A stretch of DNA of 63,993 nt, the filler included, from Piptocephalis cylindrospora (Eukaryota), in the NCBI GenBank assembly GCA_003614145.1. It is 3 parts of 3 records of this genome, joined end to end, with 100 filler letters (N's around TTAATTAATTAA, not from the genome) between each part and the next. Parts side by side here need not be neighbours in the genome. Positions count along the whole stretch, not along the records: positions 1 to 24,385 come from KZ987786.1; 2 more parts are not named here. One strand, written 5' to 3'. Under the pieces are notes generated by a model. The model worked only from the letters and a program-made list of their open reading frames with translations, was not told the DNA's origin and made no database searches. Shown here piece after piece: positions 11,173 through 23,110 of this stretch (position 1 is the first letter of the stretch; each line of letters starts with the position of its first letter). A program made the position numbers and the translations under genes.

Positions 11173-12588
11173 ATGACAAAGGACGCTGGGACCATCCAAC
11201 ATCTCTTCTCCGGGACTTGCATCGACACCCCGGAGCTGGGGAAGCTACGGATTATGCTGAATACACTTTTGGCCGTGAATGAACTGGGTAGGATTGTGGC
11301 CCTTGTGGAAGGAGGTGGGGGGAATGAGGGGATCCAGACCTATCTGACCAAGATGGGGGACCGAGCCAAAGAAGTGACAATTCATCGACTTGGCTCGCAA
11401 GAATTCCTCTTCCCTGGCCTGGTCGACACCCACCTTCATGCGCCTCAGTACGTCTTTACGGGGACCGGCGGAGACACACCTCTGTTAGAATGGTTAGAAA
11501 AGTATACGTTTCCTCAGGAAAGCCGATTTAAGGATTTAAATCATGCCCAGCATGTGTATGAACGATGCGTTCGGAGACTTCTACGGAATGGAACCACTAC
11601 CGCTGCTTACTTTGCTACTATGCATGTCCCGGCCACCAAGGTCCTCGCAGACACCATGCTTCGTCTGGGTCAGCGGGGCTGGGTGGGCAAGGTGTGCATG
11701 GATGCAAATTCACCAGCCTTCCTTCGGGAGACACATAAGGAGGCTCTAGAAGGGACTCGAGAAATTGTGTCTTATATCCAATCTCTGGACACACCTCTGC
11801 TTCGTCCGTGTGTCACCCCTCGCTTTGCCATTTCCTGCGCGGATGAGACTCTGCGTTCTCTGGGGAATCTAGCTTCGACCATGTCCCTACCTGTGCAATC
11901 TCATCTTTCGGAAAATAAGGGAGAGTGTGAGGCGGTTCGACAACTCTTCCCCAATCATGCAAATTATACGGACGTTTACCATGAAACGGGGCTCCTGGGA
12001 CCCTCAACCGTCATGGCCCATTGCATCCATCTGTCACAGGAAGAAAAAAAGGTGATCAAGGCCACAGGTACCGGGATCTCCCATTGCCCCGGATCCAACT
12101 TTTCCCTTCGTTCCGGCATCCTCAATGTACGATCCCTGCTGCAACAGAACATACCCGTGGGACTCGGGACCGATGTGAGCGGAGGCTACGGGACGAGCAT
12201 CATGGGCACGATGCGGGAAGCCATCACAGCCTCCCGACTCCTCCATGCTCTTAGCGAGGAGAGAGGGGAGAAGGAGACGTTAGAATCACTTACCCTTGAA
12301 GAAGTTCTCTACCTCGCGACCCTAGGTGGGGCAGGAATTATGGGCCTTGCCAAGGAGGTGGGGAGTTTTGAGGTGGGAAAGTCTTTGGACGTCTTACGAG
12401 TCAATCTTGGGGCCGACCTTGGAGGAGGGGATGTGGCCGTGGACACCTTTGGTCAGGATGGACCCCGGGAAAAATTGGAAAAATGGGTCAATCTCGGAGA
12501 TGATCGAACTCTAACGCATGTATGGGTCTCTGGCAAGCTTGTCCACACCACCTTGGAAAATGAGGCAGGGACGAGGATCAAGGCTTGA
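11173..12588 (+). CDS. GUD1: Guanine deaminase (amidohydrolase superfamily)
   Basis: 471 aa: PGLVDTHLHAPQY, LLEWLEKYTFPQE, VTPRFAISC, QSHLSEN, MAHCIHL, VGLGTDVSGG, GDDR. Confidence 0.95.
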   Translation: MTKDAGTIQHLFSGTCIDTPELGKLRIMLNTLLAVNELGRIVALVEGGGGNEGIQTYLTKMGDRAKEVTIHRLGSQEFLFPGLVDTHLHAPQYVFTGTGGDTPLLEWLEKYTFPQESRFKDLNHAQHVYERCVRRLLRNGTTTAAYFATMHVPATKVLADTMLRLGQRGWVGKVCMDANSPAFLRETHKEALEGTREIVSYIQSLDTPLLRPCVTPRFAISCADETLRSLGNLASTMSLPVQSHLSENKGECEAVRQLFPNHANYTDVYHETGLLGPSTVMAHCIHLSQEEKKVIKATGTGISHCPGSNFSLRSGILNVRSLLQQNIPVGLGTDVSGGYGTSIMGTMREAITASRLLHALSEERGEKETLESLTLEEVLYLATLGGAGIMGLAKEVGSFEVGKSLDVLRVNLGADLGGGDVAVDTFGQDGPREKLEKWVNLGDDRTLTHVWVSGKLVHTTLENEAGTRIKA

Positions 12589-12677
12589 GAGAGGATGGAT
12601 GCGGGGGTGTGCTCTTTTCCCTGCTAATGATGAATAACATCCGCTTATATCACCACTGTAAAAACTCCCAAAATTTA

Positions 12678-13751
12678 TTACATCTTAGGGGAAGAGGGCC
12701 GAAGATCCAGAACTAGCTTTCCGAAGCCAGTGCCACGCTTCATCACATCAAAGGCCTCTTCAACGGCCTCTAAACCTGGAAAAACCCGATCGACCTGCAC
12801 TTGAATGCGCTGGTCCTCAACCCACCGGAGCATTCTGTGAAATTCGTCCCGACTACCCATGGATGTACCACACAGGTCAATGTTCTTGATGACAGCGGCC
12901 ATGGTATAGGGAAAGACAGGGGAAGAGGTGCCTCCGTAACACACGATCCTCCCGCCATCACGGAGCAGTGCGGGGAAATCCTTAATGGCTGGACCTCCCG
13001 CCCCATCAATGACAGCATGCAGCTTTCCCGCCCCAGCAGTATCCAGTTCCTTTCGCAAGGTCCGGGCCCATTGATCTTCCCGGTAGTTGACACCGGCCTT
13101 GGCGCCCATCTGAATGGCACGGTCCAGTTTCTCTTGGGAGGAGGAAGAAACATACACGGTGGCTCCAAGATGTAGGCAGAATTGCATGGCCACTAGAGCG
13201 ACACCCCCACCAATCCCAGTGATGAGGACTCGGTCGCCCTTTTGGATCTGAGCCTTGGTAAAGACGGCACGGTAGGCGGTGAGGCCAGCCAAGGGTAAGG
13301 CGGCAGCCTGGGCCGGTTCGAGATGGGATGGGGCCAAGGACACATCCTCGGCATCAACGACCGCGTACTCGGCAAATGTGCCTGGATTGGGAAGGAGTCC
13401 GAGCATGGTAAGTGGGACGGTCTCTGGTCCCCTCGGGTCCTGGAGCCAGCCTCGAACCGGATTAAGTACCACAGGACGACCAAGGAGCTCAGGATTATCC
13501 CCTTTCCACGTCTCCTCTACCACTCCGTATGCATCAGATCCAATAACAGATCCAAATTGGATTCCAGGGTACATCCCTTTGCGGATCCAGAGGTCCCGAT
13601 GATTGAGAGCCGAGGCCAGTATCCGAACACGGACCTGACCCCGTTGAACTGGAGGAATATGGAGAGTTTCTAGGGGCAAGTCATCATATTTAGCCGTAGC
13701 TGAAGATTCTGCTCCCTTCCGGAGGACGAGTGCACGCATGTTCGATGGCAT
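12678..13751 (-). CDS. MDR-family NAD(P)H quinone oxidoreductase / zinc-binding dehydrogenase-like (YogA-like)
   Basis: 357 aa: ASALNHRDLWIRKGMYPG, AAALPLAGLTAYRA, LITGIGGGVA, GTSMGS, FGKLVL. Confidence 0.9.
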   Translation of the reverse strand: MPSNMRALVLRKGAESSATAKYDDLPLETLHIPPVQRGQVRVRILASALNHRDLWIRKGMYPGIQFGSVIGSDAYGVVEETWKGDNPELLGRPVVLNPVRGWLQDPRGPETVPLTMLGLLPNPGTFAEYAVVDAEDVSLAPSHLEPAQAAALPLAGLTAYRAVFTKAQIQKGDRVLITGIGGGVALVAMQFCLHLGATVYVSSSSQEKLDRAIQMGAKAGVNYREDQWARTLRKELDTAGAGKLHAVIDGAGGPAIKDFPALLRDGGRIVCYGGTSSPVFPYTMAAVIKNIDLCGTSMGSRDEFHRMLRWVEDQRIQVQVDRVFPGLEAVEEAFDVMKRGTGFGKLVLDLRPSSPKM

Positions 13752-14930
13752 AGTGTGAGCGAAAGATGGTGTGCTTGGAGATGTAGAGACGGGGAGATGA
13801 ATAGTGTCGTCCGATTATTGTGGTTATAAAGGCCTCAACAGAGAGGGGATGTGGTTTATGTATATGCACGGCATTCCCGGTGAGACTTTATGTGAGACTA
13901 AGGGTGGGAAAATGACGTATGCCTCACAGAGAACATATGCATTTTTATCCACATGCTGTCTCATTTTCCATCATCATTAAAACAGGGAAATGTATAGAGG
14001 AAGATCATAATCCTCTCTTTCCTAAAAGTCTTCAAAAATTAGTTCAAGAAGATTTAGAAACTCTCCTCACAATATCGTCGCTTTCATTTCGCTGTTTACT
14101 ATTACTACTACAATGTCGTCGCTTCCTCCATTCCCCCTCCCATTTCTCCATCATTCCTCTTTCAATGGTCGTTCTCCTTTTGGCCCTCATCAGCATTCGA
14201 AGCCACATTCGTAATTCGTACTTTAAATCAGGCCTAAGCATCATCTCGGATGAACTTGACACAGTCCGTAGAATATCTCGATAAATACACCAAAATGTGC
14301 ATCCAATGACCAGGAGATTAGGTTCAAAAGCCTGGTGATCCCGGAAGATTATAGAGTAAAAGGATCACATTCTCCCCTCCATCACCTCTTTGCCCTTTCA
14401 TCAAATGATGGTACGTATAGGACCAAAGAGCCTAGAAAGTCGGACACTCAAGAAATCGATGCCCTATGGTCTCCTTAGGATGGAAAAGACGCAAAGGGTG
14501 ATTCTGTGTAGATGTCAGAATTCGTGTAGTTTTTGGGTGCATTTTCCCCGTGAGGCAACACAATTTTCAACACAATCTTTTTTTAATAACGAGTATGGGA
14601 GGATAAACTCGGAGTTTGAAAAAGCAGTAGTTAACCTAATGTGGAGGCCCCAAGAATATATAGCTTTAAGTCGGAGTTTGAAAGGGGGACTTTCCGTTCT
14701 TTCTATTCATCAAACATAGATGCATAGAGATTTATAAGGGGATCCCAATCTCACCTCTCTTGGCAGTTCATCTCTCTTTAACTATCCTTCCTTCTCCCCA
14801 CCTCTTGATCTTGGTTTTTTCAGGTTAACGGCTTTCTTTGCTCTCCCTTCCCTCTAACGACAACGTCGACGATACTCTTTCGCTTTGACGTCTCTTCCCC
14901 CTTCCACTAGCTCAATTTCAACTTCCCATC

Positions 14931-16860
14931 ATGACATCCATTGGCCATCACCACTTTTCCAGCACATCTCCTCCGGTCCATTCATACCTTCGCCCATCTC
15001 CTCCTAGTAGAGAGCTCCTTTACCCCCAGTATGGCATGAAACCGTCGATCCCTAGCGAGTTAAGCCTCGTTAAGCGACAGGAAGCATATCGTCCTGAAGA
15101 ACAGATCTATAGAGGACTTATTCTGATGGTCAGCACCCAGGTAGGTTATCGACCTTACGATAATTACTACGCTAGTCTTCATCCGCCATCAGGTACCGGC
15201 CATGTGTTCCGCGATACCCGGGCAGAATGGGGTCAGCTGAATTTGGTAGTAAAAATTCATCAGCGGTCAGCCCGGATTGCATGCGAGAAGCTAGAAACAT
15301 CTGGCGGGTCTGATGGAAAGGGTCATCTCTTGCTTAGAGAGCCCCATTCACTCGTCGCCATCTACTGTGATATTATGGAAAAAAACTTTGATGACGTTCC
15401 CTACGTCCCCATCGTCAAGGATTTTCATAAGACTATTGGGTATTCTGGCTTCCTCCACGGGGAAAGGGAAAAAATTCGTTCTGATCGTGAATATGGGACT
15501 GGTATGCTCATCATGAAGGACGTTGCAAATTCTATTAGGCAGGGCAAACGACCGGACATTTCCCCATTTGTCCTTTACGATTCCCTGAAAAATACCATTT
15601 ATTATCTGATCAAGGAGAGATTCTACGGGAAATGTCACACCATTTTCGGTTCTCTGAGTAATATGCTCTCGTCTCTTCATACCATCATGGATCATGTCTT
15701 CAAGGAATCTTCGTCTTTTAGTAATAGAGATGCCGCAAAAATTCATCATGCGGAATCGCTCATGCTCCAGAGACTGTTTTTCACAAAGGCCGCTATCGAA
15801 AAATCAGAGATCCGGAAAAATGCCCGTTCTTGGGATTTTAATCCTGATCGGGAACTCCCGGCGTCGTTGGTAAAGAACTTTGGAGGCCTCTTTACAACAC
15901 ATTTTCCTTGCTCCTATAATGATATCATTGGATTTTTAAAACAAATGTGTAGGCAAGTAAAGACGTATCTTTTTGATATAAGTAAAAAGCGTAAGACCGG
16001 AAAAACATTGATCTGGTGATCACGGTTGGCCCAGAAGCGAAGGTACCCTTCTACAACCTTGTTTGTGGCACCAAGTACTCGCAAAGCGCATGGACTAGTC
16101 GTGATGGTTATAGCTGGCATTTCACTGGTGCTGATGCAAGTACCCTCAAGGTTTCTACGAAACGTGAAAAAGGCTAGTCAGTCACTTGGAAGGATGAGCC
16201 TACAAAGTCAGGTTCCTCCAGCTCGTCCGGTGTCTTCAGCCTCATCTAAACCTACTGGGAGCCGGAGGATTATGCGACAGTGTTATTATTATCGCCTCCG
16301 AGCGCGCTCGCATGTTCGTTACTTCCATCTACATCCAAACAGTGTTCCTCGGGATCAAGTTATCTGATGACTCCACTGCCCTGGATATGTATCGACATAT
16401 GCTGAACAGCGTCTTGGATCCTAATTTTATCACCTGGAATAGCCGCCCTGTAATTTTATCGCCTGGAATAGCCGCCGTGCAGAGACTATAAAAAAAAAGC
16501 CTCGATCTTCCCATTCTTCGGGTTGCTGAGTTGGAGGAGAAGGAGCTAGCTCGTTTCTACGAAGAGAAGTCTAGTAGTATGTGGACCCGCTTTTCCAGGA
16601 GAAAAGACCACTTGGATGAGACTGAGAAGTGGGATTGGCGCCAGCATAAGGCTGCAGGGGCGCTTCAGCATGCCCTTGAATGGGCTAGAACCCCTATTGA
16701 TGAAGGGGATGCCTTGGCTCATCCCGCCCAGATCTTTGCTAAACACGCCGTGACTCTCAAAATCCGCCTACTTGAAGCACATGCTGGCAAGCCCATCAAG
16801 ATCTCCAGCCAGAATCTTGACCCTGGGGCTGTGAATGAGGCCCTGTCAAAGAAGTCTTGA
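14931..16860 (+). pseudogene. Disrupted lineage-specific gene: 362-aa 5' ORF followed by frameshifted, stop-containing coding-like sequence
   Basis: ORF 14931-16019 ends just after an A-run. Coding-like sequence continues in another frame with in-frame TAG (16175) and TAA (16247), a further shift and a 29-bp tandem duplication, then reads into ORF 16531-16860. No family recognised. Confidence 0.5.
16422..16479 (+). repeat. 29-bp tandem duplication
   Basis: taattttatcacctggaatagccgccctg / taattttatcgcctggaatagccgccgtg. Confidence 0.9.
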
Positions 16861-17375
16861 TGGGAGATGAAGTTAGTGAGGGATGTGGACATGAAGCCCC
16901 TCTCCTTCCTGCTCCAGAGGACAATTCCTTGATTGAATGTGGATGATTAGCCGCCTTTCTGCTCCTGACACATGCCTTTCGGCCAACATACGCCTTTCTT
17001 CCCTCCCTTTTGTTATCATTAACCTATGCTGCTTTCGGGTAACTACTCAACTCTATTGAGTGAGCACCGGCCTGTTCGTAATTGACAAGCGTATGATCCT
17101 TTTATTCATCTAGCAGCACCATTGCCGTCCTGAAAGTGATCTGACGGTATAGAGGCCCATTATATTTCTCTGATTTGCCACATTATGCAACTGGTCTTGG
17201 CCATGGGAAATTCAATTATACGACTGCTTCTTCCTGTGGTATTACAGCCACATACACAGAACGGATAGGGTATGAAAGGTGAGCAAAAATGTATCGCACG
17301 CCCTGGCCCGTGCTTGTCCATGCTCCTTCCTGATGCGTTGGTAGCATCATCTCTCTCAAATGTGTATCTTATCAA

Positions 17376-18880
17376 TTACTGTCCAGCAGCAGTGGCGGGC
17401 TTGGAAGCAGCTATCATCGGAGAATTATGTTAGTCTAGCCTCATTGGATCCCACCCCATCTCCCGCTTACCGAAGCCAACACGGGCATTGCCCATATCGT
17501 ACACAGTGTAGTACTGACGAAGGAAGATTAGACCCACGATCCAAAGAGTATCCTATTCCCTCGCGAGTAGGTCAGAAATGAGGTAAATGATCAAATACTC
17601 TCTCATATCCATTCCCTCTCATACTCACCGAGTCATTAGTGCTGCTAAATCCAGAGATGCATGTACCATCTCCATTGGGAAGAACCCAGGCAGAGGCCGG
17701 GATGGTGTAGGGCTTAGAGTTGATGATAAAGGTGACCCCGGGGAGACCTCTAGTGTCACAGGGAACACTCCACATGGGTGTTCCGGGGATGCGATTAGCC
17801 TGGGGAATGAGGGAATGGATGGCCTGAGCATCTGGTTCGGACATGATCACCAGGCTGGTACCTGTATCAATGGCAGCTGACCGAGCGCGAATTGGCGCAT
17901 CCTGTCCAGTGGTCAGACGAAGTCCATTCAATTCCACCTCCCAGTAGCCCTTGTTGATGACTGGAGCCCAGGTGAGCTCACCGGTGTAACGGGAGGGATC
18001 GATGGACCCAAAGGCCAGTTCACCTCCTGGAGTACCTGACCCGATAGCCTGAGGATTGTAGGGAGCGAACCAGGCGGATAGCAGGGGCTCCTTGATCCGA
18101 GACTGCTGGATCATAGAGTAAAAAGGAGGCTGAGCACCTTGGCTGGAGAGACTGTCGAAGCCTAAACCGAGGATCCCATCAAAGGGTACTCCGGCAAAGG
18201 TCATTCCCGGCTCCACGGTAGATTCGCCAAAGGTCTGGTTTTCCAAGCGGATGTTTCCGATGGTCATTTGGTCCTTTCCGACTAGACCCATCAACGATCC
18301 AGTTCCATACTCGATGGAAAACATCCGATTCATGGGTGTGTAGGTCGAGGAGGCCTTGGAATCAAAGGCTGGATGGCCACGACAAGCAGAGGATGTGCAT
18401 TTCTTACCGGTCACCCAGAGATCCGAGGACCCTGTGTCAAAGATCACGTTGAATTTTTGACTTGGGGTTCCAATCTCAATCTCCCCATAGTAATCCACAT
18501 CATAGTCATTGACCAAGGATAGGAGATGATCGGGCTTCAAGAAGCGTTTGTTTCCATTGTCGGGAATGTTCTTGAAGGAGTGACCAGCACCAGGCCTGGC
18601 GGGGTTGATGGGGGAGCCCACGGGATTTTCCGGGGAATTTTCCATGTTTGGGTCCATTTGCCGTCTGTTCTGGGCAATGGCTGCACGGGCGCTACGGGTC
18701 TCACTTCCCTGGGTGGAAGGGTCCATTGTCACCAAAGGGATACTGTGGAATGGGGACGGGATGAAATGGGGTTTATGCTACCCTGCTCTATTCATGATTC
18801 GCTTACCGAAAGACATCCGAGGCCGTAGCAAGGGAGCTGGCGGCTGTGAGGAAGATGAGGGTATGGGTAATAGGGAGCAT
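17376..18880 (-). CDS. Secreted pepsin-like aspartic protease (family A1); 4 exons
   Basis: Signal peptide [20 protein letters not shown]. Catalytic [10 protein letters not shown] and AAIDTGTS, flap YGTGS. Spliced 3' exons read [29 protein letters not shown]. Confidence 0.93.
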
Positions 18881-20491
18881 GACAATTAAAAGGAATAAAT
18901 GGACGATTAAAATCTACAAACTTGCGTTGGTATTTGTATGTACGTAGAGGGGTGAGGCGGGGATATGATGGAATGGGGATGAGCTGGAGATGAACTGGAG
19001 ATGGGATGAGTAGAGGGTCTAGATGGGATGGGCTCTGAATTATCCCTCCTTATATACATGCGTTTCTTATATAGAAAGATCAAGGGAGATGGGTGTATCG
19101 AGAAGCTCTGATTTTGGAGAGTTCTGTCGGGAAATGGCCTTTCCTACCTCTACCACATTTAACCCCACCCTCCCTTCTCCCTCATCCATCGTCAAGAGGA
19201 ATTCATGTCCTTTCGACTTTTCGTCTATCCTGCTTTCCCGTGCCACAATGCATTTGGAGATGGGCATGTGTCTGCAGATCACTCCCAACCCACATTGTCT
19301 TATTATTATTGTTATAGGAGTAGTGGAAAGGGCGTCCATGTCTTTGAGGGACTCTCGGTCCTTAGGAACTTGATAGTCTCTGAGATTGAGGCGAAGGGGA
19401 GTCATGGATGCAGTGTTTCTCATGTTTATCCCCGTAAAACTATCCTTTTCTTTTGATTTCTCCTCTCCCTCTGCTTTCCCCACCTCGTAGGCCCTTTTCT
19501 TTTAATGAGTGCCGATGAGCACGCCCTGTTCGTACCATGCTGTTATTGTGCTCTCGGTCTAGTAGCAGATAAAGGGGGGATGCATGTGGTCTCAGTCCTA
19601 TCTACCGATATTTTTAAAATTGGCATTTTTGGGTTGTTTGTGTGGACTTTAGTAGCAATAATAATGAAAACACTCTCTGGACCCATATAACCCTATTGCT
19701 AGGAAGGGCGGTGATAAATGGTATTCTTACATACACTGTGAGGGCTTGTGCCATTCCTATACACCTCACACAAGGCATTGTGGGGAAGGCTGGACACAGA
19801 TTCCCCTCCTTCTAAGGGAATATGACTTGGCCAATAAGAATGAGTTGTGGAGAATGTGAGCCCTGTGCCCTCTCACAAGAGGTGGCACAGTCTGCTATTT
19901 GCATAAGTTTTTTTGCTTGACATTCCCAAGAGGAATATTGTACCATTGATTATCTCCCACCACTCGGCATCTGCTTGATCCCCTATCCTATCCGCGTTTG
20001 AGAGAAAATGGTGTTTCCTGTACAAATCAACTACTCATTGTACCGCCTTATTTTCTTTTGAAGGGAGAGCGGAACACCTCATATCCCCGGTATTGCCCTC
20101 TCATAGCCGAATGTATCCTAAAGTATGTTGTGGTGAATGGTGGTGGCCCATCCACGCCCATTCAAACAAAACATCCACACACTTTTGTCTATCCTGCCCC
20201 ATGTGCACACACTGATCTATCAGCTGGGACATTGAACCTGGGAAAATGGGATCAGGTGGCAGAGGTGAATCCGGTCCTCCTTTCCCGAAGTATTATGGGA
20301 AGTGAGACGGAAAAGAAAAAGGAAAAAAGAGAGTCAGGGTACGGGAGCAGATATCTACTGACCTCCCGCCCCCATTTCGAGCTCCCCTCCCCTCCATAAA
20401 AAGCATTAAGGAAAAAGGATAGGACATTCCATCCTCTCATCTTCTTACCTTCCTTAAACCCACCCATCCTCCCCCCCCTCCTCCCCGCACT

Positions 20492-22216
20492 ATGCCCATA
20501 CTGGAGAGGCTCAACCAACGTGCTGCTCAGTCATGGCTGGGTAGGTATTTTAAGCTCGAGGGAAGCGGGGCCGTCGGTGAACGTCCGGGCACCTCCCTGA
20601 CCATGGAGCTCCGGGCGGGGTTGGCCACATTTGTCGCCATGGCTTATATTATTTCTGTCAATTCCACCGTCGTTACCGAGTCGGGTGGTCCGTGCGATTG
20701 TGAATCCCTGGCCCCCTATGCTAATGCCACCCAGATTCAGGCTGGATGCGTGGATGTACCCGAGTACCTTGCATGCTTGGATGTGGTGAAGAAGGACATG
20801 ATCACTGCCACCGTGGCCATCAGTGCTATTGGCACCTTCCTTGTTGGCGTCCTTGCCAACTTGCCCTTGGGTCTGGCCCCGGGCATGGGCCTCAATGCCT
20901 ACTTTGCCTATACTGTAGTAGGGTTCCATGGAACAGGGAACATCCCGTACCGTGTGGCCCTGGCTGCCGTCTTCCTCGAAGGCATCATCTTCCTTATCCT
21001 ATCCATCCTGGGAATCCGTCAGTGGTTGGCTCGTATCATCCCCCAGTCCATCAAGGTGGCTACTGGTGCGGGTATTGGGCTGTTCCTCGCCTTCTTGGGT
21101 ATGCAGTCCTCGGCGGGTATGGGTCTTATTGGCGCAGATCCCGCTACCTTGGTTACCCTAGGCGGGTGCCCTCCCGAGTACATGGATGAAAACCAAATGT
21201 GTCAGGGACATACCATGGAGAGTGCTCGGATGTGGCTGGGCATTGGGGGCTTCACTCTCATCTGCCTCTTGCTCCTGTATCGCGTCAAGGGCTCCATCTT
21301 GATCGGGATTCTTTTGGTCTCCATTATCTCCTGGCCCCGGTCCACTGCCGTCACCAACTTTCCTTATACCGAGGCCGGGGATCGGGCGTGGGATTACTTC
21401 AAGAATGTGGTGGATGTCCACCCGATCCAAATGACCGCTGGAGCTCTGGATTTTGATCTGGGCAGCGGGGAGATCTGGGTGGCTTTGATCACATTCCTAT
21501 ACGTGGATATCCTCGACACTACCGGCACTATGTTCTCCATGGCCAAATTTGGTGGGTACATGGATGAACGGGGTGACTTTGCCGGGTCGACCATGGCTTT
21601 TTGCTCGGATGCCTTTGCCGTATCGATTGGCGCTCTCTTGGGTACCCCACCCATCACCACTTTTGTCGAATCTGGAGCCGGGATTACCGAGGGGGGTCGG
21701 ACGGGGCTGACCGCCATCTCCATTTCCCTCCTCTTCGTTCTCTCTCTCTTCTTCTCCCCCATCTTTGCTTCCATCCCCGGATGGGCCACGGGTCCGGCGC
21801 TCGTCATCGTCGGGAGCATGATGGCCCGCAGTGCTCGGGATGTAAATTGGGACTATCTGGGAGATGCTGTTCCCGCCTTCCTCACCATGGCACTGATGCC
21901 TTTGACGTACAGCATCGCTTACGGACTTATCGGGGGTATTTGCTCGTACATTGTCATCAATGGCATCATCGGGATCATCGCTTGGGTGACCCGTGGGAGG
22001 ATCCGGCCAGACCAAGAAAACAAAGAGACCTGGCAAGCATTCTTTACCCACGATGGCAAGGAAATCCTTCCTGGGTGGATGGGCCGATTCTCCCGGTGGG
22101 TTGGACGGAAACGAAGAGTCTCTGGGAGTGCAGAAGAAGAAAAGGAAGGGAGGGAAGAGGAAGTGGAGGTTGACCAGGCTCACACCGAGGATGGGGATGT
22201 GATGACCAAGGTGTAA
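20492..22216 (+). CDS. azgA: AzgA-like adenine/guanine/hypoxanthine permease (NCS2/AzgA family)
   Basis: Intronless 574 aa polytopic protein: ELRAGLATFVAMAYIISVN, NLPLGLAPGMGLNAYFAY, DILDTTGT, TTFVESGAGITEGGRTGLT, MPLTYSIAYG. Confidence 0.93.
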   Translation: MPILERLNQRAAQSWLGRYFKLEGSGAVGERPGTSLTMELRAGLATFVAMAYIISVNSTVVTESGGPCDCESLAPYANATQIQAGCVDVPEYLACLDVVKKDMITATVAISAIGTFLVGVLANLPLGLAPGMGLNAYFAYTVVGFHGTGNIPYRVALAAVFLEGIIFLILSILGIRQWLARIIPQSIKVATGAGIGLFLAFLGMQSSAGMGLIGADPATLVTLGGCPPEYMDENQMCQGHTMESARMWLGIGGFTLICLLLLYRVKGSILIGILLVSIISWPRSTAVTNFPYTEAGDRAWDYFKNVVDVHPIQMTAGALDFDLGSGEIWVALITFLYVDILDTTGTMFSMAKFGGYMDERGDFAGSTMAFCSDAFAVSIGALLGTPPITTFVESGAGITEGGRTGLTAISISLLFVLSLFFSPIFASIPGWATGPALVIVGSMMARSARDVNWDYLGDAVPAFLTMALMPLTYSIAYGLIGGICSYIVINGIIGIIAWVTRGRIRPDQENKETWQAFFTHDGKEILPGWMGRFSRWVGRKRRVSGSAEEEKEGREEEVEVDQAHTEDGDVMTKV

Positions 22217-22429
22217 TGCATGTGTAATGGGGGGTGTGATTGGGATGGATGGGCCATTGAGATCGACAAGTCTTGGCATATTATCTCATTTTCAATTCAT
22301 AGGATCTTTTCTTCATCTCTTACTAGAATGAGCGGCCACGAATGACACTAACAGTGTAGATATGTTGCTGAATAGAAAGAAAGATACATCATCTCATGAC
22401 CACAAAGGTCCTCCTCTTCCTACTCGACC

Positions 22430-23110
22430 CTAATGGCAGGAAAGGGCCTTGGAGGCGGCAGAGGAGATATCCCGGGCAAACAGGTAATGACCGATACCAG
22501 CGCCCACAACGACCGAGCCCATAAGGTAGGCGTTGTAAGTCATAAAGACCAGCATGATCCAGAAACCAAGGGCTACCTGCATGGCATAGACGATGGACCG
22601 CATGGTTTGTTGCTCCCGGGAAAGACTGGGGGACAGGGAGGCGGGGCGAGGAAGGTAGGGACCTTCCCCATCTCTGATCAGGCCTCCATCCCCTCCCTCC
22701 TCCTCCTCCTCTTCTTGGGAGCCAAGAATGGCGCGTTCACGTCTCCTGAGCTCAGAAGCCAATTTTTGGTCGTACCTTCTGGCAGAGAGACGAAGGGCCT
22801 CGTACAGAATCGAGATGCCCATGCAGGCCAGACACGACAGGATCATCTGAAAGGACGTGGTGACGTGCCACCATTCAAACACCACGCACATTCCCGCGAG
22901 ATCCCAATTGAATGTCATCTACAGCGGCGAGATATGGAGGTGAGTTGGAGGGGGCAGTCAAGCGAGAAAGCGAGGGAGGGAAGATACCTTCATGGAGCAG
23001 CCTCCGGGCATGTCGTGTCCTTCATGGCCTCCTCCAGGCATGTCGTGACCACCTCCAGGCATATCATGTCCTTCATGACCCCCGCCCATCATGTGTCCAG
23101 AGTGGTCCAT
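22430..23110 (-). CDS. Ctr-family copper transporter; 2 exons
   Basis: Exon 1 is His/Met-rich (MDHSGHMMGGGHEGHDMPGGGHDMPGGGHEGHDMPGGCSMK). After an intron come MTFNW...WWHV and the MxxxM motif IMLVFMTYN with GAGIG. Confidence 0.92.

Noticed and set aside
13919..14719. AT-richer ORFs, including minus-strand 14044-14262
   Set aside because: Possibly a gene relic, but no start, splice structure or family could be supported.
16175..16249. In-frame TAG/TAA read as stop-codon reassignment
   Set aside because: TAA and TAG terminate many conserved genes in this window; these are better explained as nonsense mutations.
18900..20490. ORFs and scattered GATA motifs in the protease-azgA divergent region
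   Set aside because: The ORFs lack protein-like features, and the GATA count is not clearly above chance.
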